From Yuukianura sp. NJ FZ-2021 (taxonomy: Eukaryota): 64,000 nt of DNA. The stretch covers positions 4,092,001 through 4,156,000 of the forward strand of contig CM102288.1 of assembly GCA_046563655.1 (NCBI GenBank). Reading direction: 5' to 3'. Positions 15,201 to 26,614 of the stretch are shown here, one piece after another. A program made the position numbers and the translations under genes. How positions within the stretch are numbered: the first letter of the stretch is position 1; each line of letters opens with the position of its first letter. The notes below the pieces were generated by a model, which was given only the letters and a program-made list of their open reading frames with translations, was not told the DNA's origin and ran no database searches.

Positions 15201-15387
15201 TGATGACCTTAGGAAATGGATATTGAACTTGAACTCTCTCTCATCTGATTAGTGAAAGTTGCAATCCAGCCAAAAACTTTCCTGCGTCCAGACGATGAAA
15301 GGGGAAACATAAGTTATGGCCCATTCAGCCAACCTTTTAATGTCATCCTCTCCCTGCTTCCTCCAGATTTCTCAACTCAGGTTACAT

Positions 15388-15570
15388 ATAGTTACTCCCT
15401 CCGCCAACAATCCCAAGGAACAGTTACTCTCTCCGCCAACAATCCAAGCAATAGTTACTCCCTCCTACAAATTCCAACTTTTCTCCTGGAAGAAAGTAAT
15501 TGGGCGGGAGGGGACGTCTAATGATTCTTCTGCAATTCCAAACATACCTCTCTCTATAGTTACTCCCTCC
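15388..15570 (+). repeat. Degenerate ~31-nt tandem (3 units) plus a fourth nearby copy of the ATAGTTACTCCCTCC motif
   Basis: atagttactccctccgccaacaatcccaaggaa / cagttactctctccgccaacaatccaagca / atagttactccctcct..., and atagttactccctcc again at 15556-15570. Confidence 0.8.
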
Positions 15571-18500
15571 ACCAATCAAACAACATAAATCACCCATTTA
15601 ATCTCAAAGGCCCTCCAGCACCCCAATGTCATAAGATCCTTAAAGTAGCCGAGTCTCAACATTACACTCTCAAAATTTAAGTAGTTCAGCCACTTTTAGT
15701 ATCCTGGCTCTCTCTCTGCCAAAATGGAAAAAAGAGCTCAATTGAACCAAACCATAAAACATCATTACCACCAATTCCACTTATTTCTTCTCAGGAACAA
15801 TTCAAAAGATCCCTCCAAAATTTCAAAGTTCCTTCCATTTCCACTACTTGCCAACATGATTTCATTTATGAAGACATTCTTCCCTTTCACTCCGCTGCTC
15901 CACTTTGACCTCCTCTGTCACACGCCTTTTATGACCTCTTTACAACCAACGGAAATTATAGCACCACCATCTCCAAATTCATTTTGAACAAAATTCCTAC
16001 GAGAGCCTCACAATTTAATTAGCACAACCAACTGTGAAGAGCATCTTACAGCATCACTCTAAGGAAATGTCTTTGGCGCACTTTCCCAAAAATTAAGTTT
16101 CTCACTCAAAATTTCAGTTAAAATCCAACATTTTGTAAAAGTGAGAAGCTTTTTGAGAACACAGAGGTTCTGAACTGCACGTCCCTGATTTATTTGAAAG
16201 GAAAAAACATTTGTGAGCCTTTGTAAGAAATGTCTTTTTCATAATTTCCACTCATAAAACAATGGTTGCAACAGTTCCGAACAATGGTTCCTTCCATTGT
16301 ACAAGTTCCCACATTAGAACAAAGTACCCACAAATGAAATGAAATCCACTGGAGGTACTTAAGGGCTCCCTCCACCACCTCCACAATTCAGTTACATTTC
16401 CAGCACACCAAAACTGGAAAAAATATCCAAGTCGTTCTTGGTGATCTGAAGAAATTTTCAGAAAGAATGGGAGCAACACTCACCTTAAATTCCTGCGACG
16501 TTTACCTCAAACAAACAAAAAAAAATTACAAAATCAAGATCCTAATTTTATTTTCCTTTTCAAATTTGTTTTTTGAAACGTTCGCTTCCCTCCTGATTAG
16601 TTCTAATTTGCGATTATCTTAATAGGCGGAGAAAAGAGAGAAAAGTGAAAGTAAATTCCTGTGACAAAGGTAACTTTCACTCTCACAACTTTTTCTCCCT
16701 CCCGCCTATTTCTGCGGTGAGAAAATTTCATAATTGACTCATAAATCAAAGGAAATTCTCAACTTAAGAAATGCTCCCCTCCCTTGAGAAGGGGGACTTG
16801 AAGGGGTCTTGTTCCTCAGCTTTCAGCACCACTTTTTACATGACGGAACAAGGGATTTGGAGGGAAAGAAAAAGTAAAAGTATTTCCCCTGATATTATTC
16901 ACATAAATCTCAACCACAAGACAAGGGAATGTGAAAAAATGAAATAAGACCACAATTCTACACTCCTCGCTTTCTCTACTTACACTTTGACTTTCCCTCG
17001 GCACACAAAAATAAAAGAATATGACGCAATTCATGTCACTTTCCCTTTCACTTTAATCACCAAATTTATAAACCCACAACTCACTTTCTGACACCCACCA
17101 CAAAAGAATTTGAATCCTCAAAAGAACATCAAATCTTACCAGCATAGCAAAAACTTTCACTAAAAAAAGTTTTCAAAAAAAGTCAAGAAAATCATCTCTA
17201 CAAGCATCTCATATTCCCTTCTCCTTCTCCAGGCGAAATTTCTAGCTTCAAAAAAATTTTAAAATTGAAATTTTCAATTAGGTTTTCAAAAAATGAAGAT
17301 TGCTCTCAAGTAATTTTGAAAAACAAATTTCCGCTTTTGACTTTAGTCATGACCCGCCCCATAAAGTTGAATTTGTGCCCATTAAGGCATTATTTATGGT
17401 CCTCATAATTACTTTTCCATAACCTAACAAACAATTGAAACAAAAGAAAATGGAGGAGCAGATTCCATCTCCATCTTCCAAAATTCCCGCTCATTTCAAA
17501 TCAGTATTCCACTCTCATTTTCCCGCTCTCTCCCCGGTCTACGCTAAAAGTCTGAATTGGACTAAAGTATTAATTGAGATAGGAATCAAATTGACATTCG
17601 TTTCCGTCCCCCCTCCTTTCCCGGGCGTTCTGCTTCTGATTTGAATGGACTCTCATCACGCAATTCTCCCTCTTCTCTCAGCCACGAGTTCAAATCCTTG
17701 TCACTCCAAACTTTTCCTTGGGGCAGACGAGATGCACGAGACGAATGACACATTTAATCCCAAATTAAAGTGGAATTGGACTTGACATGACACAAAACAG
17801 ACCACAGCACCCTCCCCACTCCACTTTTCAAATCCAAAAACCCTCAAAAACGATTCTGGATTTTCAAAATTTCAAATTCAAACTTACTCAAAATCCACTT
17901 GGAACTTCCCTCGGAGGCCCCACTTCATTAACATTCATCACCACCACCACCTCAAATCATTCAAAATTTCAGAGAAACTAGAAACAATTTTGATCAAATT
18001 ATGATAATTCGTGTTTTAACTTTTTCCAATTACTTTCTACAGTCAAAATTATGAAGTTACTCAAGTTATTAAAAAATCACTCCAAAAATTATTTTTTCAA
18101 AAGTTGACATAACACGAGAGACGAGACGATGATTTTCCAAGAGAAAGTGCAAGATCCTTCTGTTAAGTCTTAAGTGGGCAGAGAGTCTTTGCTGTAAGTT
18201 GAGCTTCCAAGTGACACCCAATCCTAAATTATTGCCCAGTGGAGTAGACACATACTTTGTGCACGTCCAGAGTCCCACCGGACCAAAAGAAGCCACTTCG
18301 TGCCTCAGACCCACCCACGCCTACTTTCTCCTCCATCACATCCCTCATCCTTTGTCCATTGTCATTCCCACTATGTCCAGGGATCTCCAAGTACTAACAA
18401 AAAAAAACTCTCCTTGCGGTTCTCTTCATTTCATGCCGTCACAATCCACAAGAACAAAAAAAAAACATATTTGTTTTGTGCATTCTGCCGGAACAAAGTC

Positions 18501-21500
18501 AACTCCGATCCGATTTCCGCTTCCTACATCACAAAAACGAAGATCAAAGAACAAAAGCCAGTCCTCAATTACACAATTCAACCAAAAAAATCTAAAATCC
18601 AATAAGCTTCCTCAAATTATTTTACAGTCAATCAATCTTTGAAAATTGATTGGTTCATGACACTTCAAAAAAATAGAAATTTTGATCCATCGATTTCCTG
18701 AATGCGAATTGACAAATGAGCCACACCCTACACCAAGGTACTCAAAAAGTGTCAGAATCCGGTTCTGCATTTAAAAAAATTCTGCAAGAGATTGAAATGA
18801 TCAAAATAGCCTCAAAACATTATGCGTAACTGTTCTTGACTAAACTCAAATGTAACTGAACCTTGTCTCAATTTCAAATCTAAAATATCCCACAGCAGAA
18901 ACACATTTTACAAAAAAAATTACAAACCATAAACCATTGGCCTTCACGGTTAAAAGAAAAATCAATAACAACAACTTTTTACATGGAATTTTGGCAACTC
19001 CTTTTTGTCCTCACGATTTTCCAATTTGAAAGGAATTGCTTCACATGAAACATTCCCAAATTGCCTCCAGATGAACTAACAAGTGAAATTCCAATAGTCA
19101 CAAATTGAGCAATTGCCCAAGACAACAATTAAAATTGTACTTTTTAGTCAATTCATTCTCGTTACTCAATTTCTTCCCAAAGGCTGTTTAAGAGATTCAA
19201 CTTCTTTTGAATCCGCTTCAAAAAGGGAGACAAGGTGTCAGTCTCCCATTGTTCCTAAATTATTCAATGAAACTCAGTCTCCATCTCCACCAAAGTACAA
19301 TATAGTTACTCCCTCCATCATCTCCAACAACTTCATTAACAAAAATTTACATTTCAATATCAAAGTTTACATTTAATCAAAGTCATTCTTCATCTTACAC
19401 TTTTTCCACTTCAGTAAATAGCACCCCGAAACTAATCCTAAAAATCGTCAAACAATTCAACCATTTCCAACCGAGCAATCTTTTTGAACTTTCAATTTTT
19501 TATTTCAAAACGCCACACTCAAAAAGATAATTTTTGCACGACGTTAAACTCAAATTCACAAAAATTTAGATTCCCCGTTGACGTTGTTCTAATGCCTTTT
19601 AAATTTAGCAAAACACTTTCTCTCACACAATTTTTCTTTGAAATTCGAAACTACCGTGGGTAATAAAGCTTAGGATTTTAAAAATGCAAAACTGTTTTAG
19701 TTTTTTTCTAAAAGGAGAAAATAAGCTGTTAAATCTCGTCTTAATTCCCTCTCTTTTACTCTCCCTTTTATTCTCTAGTGACTCCAAAGAAATGTTTTCT
19801 CAGCTCAAGATGAGACATTCCCTCCTCTGTCCGCACTTTCTCTTTTCTCTCTCAAATTGAATTTAAAATTACAAAATTCCCGCCTTCTCAGAAAAAGTTT
19901 AACGCTCCACCTGAATACGGCGGGGCTGCATAAGTTTAGAATTTTTGTAAAGAAAGAAAAAGCGTAAGGAGGAGAAAGGGAGAAATCAGCTCAAGTTGGC
20001 TTACTTTTATTATTCTCTTGGCTTCTTATTTATGGCGGGACTTTCTCATTTCAAATTCAGCCCAAACTTGTGTCTGTCCATTGTTAAGAAGACAGAGCAA
20101 AGGGTGGGGCCCTTGGCAGCTCAAGTTCCACTTTTTGGACTTAAGGCTCCTCTCACTTGCCCATATTTCCCTCTTCAAGGAGACTTGTCTCTCTAGAGCC
20201 TCTTTGCTCCACTTTCCAATGATAATCTGATGCAAATGGAAATGGACTTTCACTATCCTCAACTAGCTTTCTCCTACTTTCACTCTCTTATAAAAAACTC
20301 ATGAATACAAACACTTCTGCTCCAAAGTACATTACAATTGGACACAATCCCCTTCCAAATAGTCCGCAAAAAATGAGGGAAAAACAGACACTCCAATTCA
20401 CTCTTCAAAATTATTACACAAAACTCAAGTCCCCCACTGACCCCCTTCTCCCACAGGTCATCAACTTTCATCTTCTCAAAACTTCAACTAAAACTGTCAA
20501 ACTTTATAACCCGACACAAAAATTACATTTTCTAGTTGGCCACTTTAGGAAAAAACTAAGATTTGACGTGCAATAGTGATGGTGCGATGCTTTTAAAATA
20601 TTTTGTGCTTCTAAACTTGTAGTTTTGTTATAATCAGAAACAACAAATTGAGTTGGTGATGGGAGTTTAGCTTTTAACACCGAACACGACGAGTGAACTG
20701 ACTCATTCACCTTCGGCTACGTTTTTGTGAAGCTTCTTCCGAGCTTCACTTAAAGAAAGTAACCAAAAAGAGCAACATTTGCAAAAATCCATTTACATCA
20801 CCCTCACCTCTCACAAATTTCCAAAAATAGATCCACCCAACACTACTGTAAAAATGTGCGTTACCTCAATACATTAAAATGCAAACACAAGAATATCCAC
20901 ACACTAACCGTTTAGAAAATAACATTTTCATCAACTTATCATCCACTCACAAATTAAAAAATTCATACACATATACTTTTATGTGCCTGACAGATTTGTG
21001 TAGAAAACAATCCCAAAGAAAAGCATGCCGAGAACAAACGAAAAGTAGCGTCTCAAGTCCAGGAAAAACGAAAAAGAAAAACATTTTCAGCTAAACTTAT
21101 TTCATTTTTGATACACAAAAAGTTGTTGTACTTTTAGATTGAAATGTAACAAAGTTTGTAGGGACGTTGACTGGATTCGGAGTGTCCTGCACCTTGTCCA
21201 GTCATGCTGTCAATATGTTTTGAAAATTGGAATCTATGGAAACAAACTTCCATGGCAGGGGCACAGGGAGTGACAAGGAACATGACAGAGTGATGGATCT
21301 TGACTCCAAACACTCAAACATCCAAAGGCGGAACTCAGGAGCCATTGACCTCTCCAATTCACAGCAAAACACACGTTCCAGGAAACACGCCTCAAAAAAC
21401 ATCATTCATCCCATTTACAACTCAACCACAAGCACAAACTCACATTCACACAAAAATACTACTCTCGATTACTTCAAATTCTAGATTTACAAATCGATTA

Positions 21501-23011
21501 CCCTACACAAAAATCGATTTACTGTCTACAATCCTCAACTTCATAAGCAAAAATGGGATCAAAAACAGCGGAATCCTTTTCCTGCCGACGTCCAAGTTAA
21601 GCAGATTTTGTTAAAATAAAAAAAAAACAAAAGAATTTCGAAACTTTTTCTTTTGGCAAAATCTTTTTTCCCGTGTTTCATTTAAGAAAGCTCATTTCTC
21701 AGACTGTCACCTTGCAGAATTGAACAAGAGGAAATAAATTGTAAATTCTGCGCCAAGTCCCTCATGATGACTTTGAATTGGATGACACCCACTTTCACAC
21801 TTTCTCCTCCGAATTTCACACTTTCCCCAGGCACTTTCACTTTGAAATCGACAGAGAGAGATCCATCTAAAAATAGAATTGAATAGCAGATGCATTCCAT
21901 ACTCAACATTATCCATCTCCCTACTAACAAAAGAAAAGACACAACAGACATCTCCTCTTCTGTCCAATTCCACTTTTCAATCTTCCACTCACACAACCCA
22001 ACTCTACAAAAATTGAAAAACACAAATTCAAAAAAAGAAAATGGGAGGATGAAGACGCTTTTACATTCGAATCTCCTTGGAATTCTGCATTTGGAAAAAA
22101 GATGATGATCCTAGCTTAGTCACATTTGAATAGCAGATGAGGCTCCATCCAATCTCAAACTACAAAAAATACAATGTAAAATGTACATTCTACAAAGCCA
22201 AAATCCAAAAAAGTCCATTTTATATTTTATATGCCAATTTAAAATTTTCAATGCCACTGCACAATTCCAACTTTCCCTCTCCTAAAAAAAGTACATTTCA
22301 TCTTTTCCAATTTAAAAAACAATAAAATTTATGCACATTCCACATTTCCACACAATGCATATTTTTTCAAAAATCCTGCAAAAGGCATAAAATTCTTTGT
22401 ACAAAAACAATACAACAACAACAATATTTTAAGTTAACATTCATCTTTCTTGACGCATCAGCTTCCTTTACGTAAACAAACCAGTTGAAAATGACGCGTC
22501 TCAGAAATTGCGAATTAGCAATCTTGTCGAGTGTCTAAATTGGCAATTGCGACAAGAGACACGTAACCACAAGCTATTAGCTAGGTCCAGAAACTGTGTC
22601 CCAGAATAGGTTATGTTTTTGTAAACAAATAGAAGTGACCTTGGTTCTCATGCCTCTGCGCCCTTCATCTGCTCTTCACCACCGACTACTTCCTACTTTT
22701 GGCGAATCTCTGGACTCAAAACACAGTGCAAATCCTGATGCGCATTTTCCAGTCATTTGCAAAAACCCGAAGCATTTCCATGTATTGGCACAAACTTCCA
22801 TATCACATCAACCAAAATAACCACAACGTCTATTTTTTTTCTTACCATCAACTTCAAAATTTAAAGTCGCAATTTTTAACCATTGTTCATCTAGCACTTG
22901 GATCAGACACATACCGGTTCAACTCATCCACAAAACACAAAAATTCTCCACTTACTTAACTAGAGTGGATCACCAAGCTTACTGACTCGGTCAAAAATTC
23001 AAAACCAAGCC

Positions 23012-23706
23012 ATGCCGGTTATGGTAACAAAACATTTTTTCAATTTTTCATTCTCACTTAAAATTTGAAAAAATTCGAAATCCTATCCAATCCATGCTAA
23101 GAAAAAGTTAAACATCGTTGTAAATTAAAACTAAATTCGACTAAAGCCAAAATTTCCGAAAATAAAATAAAACTCACTTTTTTTCAGAGCAACCCACAAG
23201 AAGAAAGCATGAATACACAACCAGAACCAGGTACAAATTCAAAAAAAAAGACTGAAAATTTCCTAAAAACCCAAGCTTTGCGATTTTGAATTTCTTAAAA
23301 ATTTGTGCTCATCGCAGTTGAAATTGAGAAGAAGAAGAAGAACCACCATTGGTGGCAGGACGTTCCGCGGAGACTCAGCTTCACTCGGAATCGGTCCAAT
23401 TCTGAATGCAGCGATTCTTCTCCAGCCACATCTCCATCTGGATCAGGACCTCCAACAGGTGATAAACACTTCTCTACTTTCCCATCTTACACTTATACTT
23501 CCCAAGTATATACTTCCCAAGTATCTCCACAGAAAACAAAAGCCAAAAATAATACTTCCTCTCTGACTTTAGGCAAACAAGAGGAGCGTGGTCGTCGCTT
23601 CAGCGAAACATCTGCCCACTCCCATGAGAAGACAGCAGAAGTTCGAGAGCGCTGGAACAGGAACTACAACATTCCACCAGAATGCTTCGTTCCCCCATGG
23701 ATCTAA
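23012..23706 (+). CDS. Small (~110-150 aa) basic/Ser-rich protein of unknown function, nested antisense in the probable sprint intron
   Basis: Exons 23012-23023 (aagccATG CCG GTT ATG|gtaaca), 23188-23230, 23318-23458, 23573-23706, all GT-AG and phase-consistent: MPVMSNPQEESMNTQPEPVEIEKKKKNHHWWQDVPRRLSFTRNRSNSECSDSSPATSPSGSGPPTGKQEERGRRFSETSAHSHEKTAEVRERWNRNYNIPPECFVPPWI*. The last intron (114 nt) is in-frame and stop-free. AATAAA at ~24133. Confidence 0.65.
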
Positions 23707-24963
23707 GGAAGACGAAGAACAGGAACCACAAAGTGCAGGAAAGAGATTAAAAAGTAAAAAAAAAGAGATAGAGAAAGCGATTAGAACTGTAGGACTAATT
23801 GTTGCAAGTATTATTTAGCCCATTCAAACTACAATTAAGAAATGCTTTCACTTCCATTACCCTTGTAAGTAATAAGACGCTCTCCAACTTTCTCTCTAAC
23901 AAAACGCTCTACGCTCTCCAAAAAAAAGTACTCGCCTCGCACTTTCAAAACAAAATCATAAAAAAAATTCAGTGTAAAAATTGTTACAACCATAAAAAGC
24001 TTCAAAACTTAGATTTTTTTTAAGTTTCAAAAACACGAGAGCGGACTAGATTCAGAAAGAAGTACTAAATATTAAGCCTTGAAAATGCGAAACCTAAAAA
24101 CTTATTTCTATTTAACGATGCAAAACACATCCAATAAATATTCTTTGGCGTTATGTGAGTATAACACGCAACTATTTTTTCATTTCCCACTTTTTTCAAA
24201 AAACTTGTTTAAAAAAATGGCAAATTGATAAAGTTTAGATGAAGACATGGAGACTAATAGATTTTGGATGAGGGCATCATCATCTCTTCCGAACTTTTGG
24301 AAATAGGGGTAGAAAATGTATTGAAAGGAATTGAACTTTCCCCGCTCTTTTTACAAAAAGTAAATTGGAAGGGGGTCTTTTTTGAAAAAAGAAAGCGGAA
24401 GAGGTAAAAGAGGAGAATATTGAAAAGTAAGGAGAAAGTCGTTGATCATTTCCTGTGTGCTTCCAAGATTTTTGTTTCCAAAAGAGGTATGGGCAGAAGG
24501 GGAGACCTTAAAGGTGCTTACTTCGTGCATGAAGAAAGTCATAATTTTCAAAAAACTGGAAAAAATGGAAATGGCAGGGGGAGAGGATGGGTATGATGGT
24601 AAGATAGAAGATGCGATGAGCATAAATTGCCTCCAAGCACTTCCCAAGTTGTACTTTCGGAAGAGGGTTCCATACCCATGTACTTACTACCGTTAAGTGA
24701 CATGTTTAGCTTGGAGCACAAGCATTAACATAAGTTCCACGCCCGGGACCGCCATATTTCTTTTTTTTAAGAAATAAATTCAAAAAAAAATTTAAAGTGT
24801 AGAAAAAAAGTTAACCTGATGCTCAATTTCGGTTTAAAAGATGGAAGAGCGGAATGAAAAGAGATGTGAAATGATGCAGGTAGTACGAGATCTTTGGTGT
24901 GGATATCGATTGAATCGATTTCGAAATGAATTGTCATTAAAAGAAAGTTTTTGTATCACGTAC

Positions 24964-25374
24964 CTTGTTTGATCCTGAAGGATTTTCCAGAAACTTGCCA
25001 AACGTTTTCATTTGTGAGTTGAAGATATCGTCCATGCTTTGACTTCGGCGCTTCTTTGATCGTTGTTCCTTGGTTTCGTAGATGGGCGGTCGACTGGTGC
25101 TACTGGTAGGTAGAAAAGCACTGCTAGGGAACTTGGCAGTGGATTCCATTTCTAACTTGCGGAAGGAAACTGAACGTGGCAGTGGAACTGGTACTTTGAC
25201 GATGACAGGTGAACTTCGAATGATTTGTGTGTATTCACTGCTGTCTGCCCGCGTAAATGATGACGTTGAAGGGAGCGTGTTGTTGTGATCTTTCCACTGT
25301 CGTCCGTTACTTCTCTCCGATTCAAGGACTTTGGATCGCGAAGATCTCGAGTTTGTTCTGCTGCGTTGATCCAT
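24964..25374 (-). CDS. Putative first coding exon (137 codons, Ser/Arg-rich, low complexity) of the long sprint isoform
   Basis: ATG at 25374 (MDQRSRTNSRSS...), open to an AAG|GTACGT donor at 24963 (phase 0), which matches the phase-0 acceptor at 7624. Upstream non-coding exons have GTAAGC (25471) and GTGAGT (~25824) donors. Linkage to sprint is inferred. Confidence 0.55.
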
Positions 25375-26614
25375 GATCTGGCCCTTAACTGGAACAACCA
25401 AAAAACACAACCATGCATTGAATTAATCGATTAGTTAGTTAACAACGAATGTTTCAGCTGTCAATGCTTACCTCTTAAGCCGAGAGTAATGAGAGTAGGA
25501 CGTCCTGATTAAGTCGAAGACCAGAAGAAGTGTAGTCAAGTTTCTTTTAACAATGCCGCCGCAGGCAATTTATTTCGAGGTCAACGTCGAACATGGCTCC
25601 GACCCAGCAGCAGGCCATAACACCAGCCCCTTCTGTGCTTAATCACACTTAACGACAATTAGTTGAACGTTAATTGACAGTAATCGAATCAATAAACAAT
25701 TGAAATTAACCTAAATCTGTGGATTTGATGGGGTGGTGTACTTTCTCTGCTGATAAAAAAGAAAAACCCGTTTGTTTTGTTTACATTTTCAAAAATTTAG
25801 CTGGTTGGACAAGAAGGTACTCACATCCACAAAATCTCTACTCATGCATGGGCACTCAAAATTAAAATATTATAATTATTAATAGATATAGCAACATATT
25901 ATTATTAAAATTAAATTTAATATAGTTAAGATCATTAGAAATAATTATGAGATAGTTATTTTTAATATTATGTTGTTACTTAATTTAGTTTACTTTAACT
26001 AATAATTAATTAATTAAATGTATGCCCAGCTATGCTCCGAAGGGTTGGGGTGTAGAGTAGATAACTGTTAGTCGTATTGATTGGAATTTCGTTTTGAAAT
26101 TGGCAGCTGATTTGGTCACCTGTGCAGATCCGTCTGTTTTGGAAATTGGCACAAGGATTTCCTTTCCTTTCTCTCTCTTTTTATGCAGGATTTTTTTCAT
26201 TCACAATTTAATTCAATTCGTTTTTGGTCCATCCTACGTTAAACTCAACTGTTAATCAATCAATTCAATCACAGGCTCAATTACACGTAAGCAATTAACT
26301 CCATTTTGCATGTATTATGAAGAGATCCGTTGAGAAGTCAATAAAATCATAGCCTAGAAATCACATGTTTTCTGTTGATATGAATATGGCTTATGGCTGC
26401 TTCGTGATATCAAGTTTATCTATGGAGAAAGACTTTATTCTTGAACTTACTTTTTGCTAAGTGTGAATTGTTTTCTGCTTTTCAGAAACGAATGGTCTCC
26501 AGATCTTTCCCGAGGCAAAGGTGCAAGGAACAACCGTTCTAGAGAAGAATTCAAGATTCAAACTTTTCCGTCCAAGTCTACACCACTTTCTGCGTAGCGA
26601 AGGACTAAATAGCG

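Noticed and set aside
15388..15570. Repeat-spacer-like look of the AGTTACTCCCTCC units (CRISPR-like array?)
   Set aside because: The intervening sequences resemble each other (tandem duplication), there are only 3-4 irregular units, no cas genes, and the context is eukaryotic.
8212..22959. Dozens of 60-150 aa ORFs in the ORF track between 8 and 23 kb
   Set aside because: Compositionally biased (K/N/F/S/L), mostly non-ATG starts, no motifs and no consistent splice chain. Expected from skewed intronic DNA.
25860..26020. Very AT-rich tracts here and at ~4875, ~8670, ~38610 and ~50225
   Set aside because: Low-complexity intronic or intergenic sequence with no periodicity or termini suggesting a functional element.
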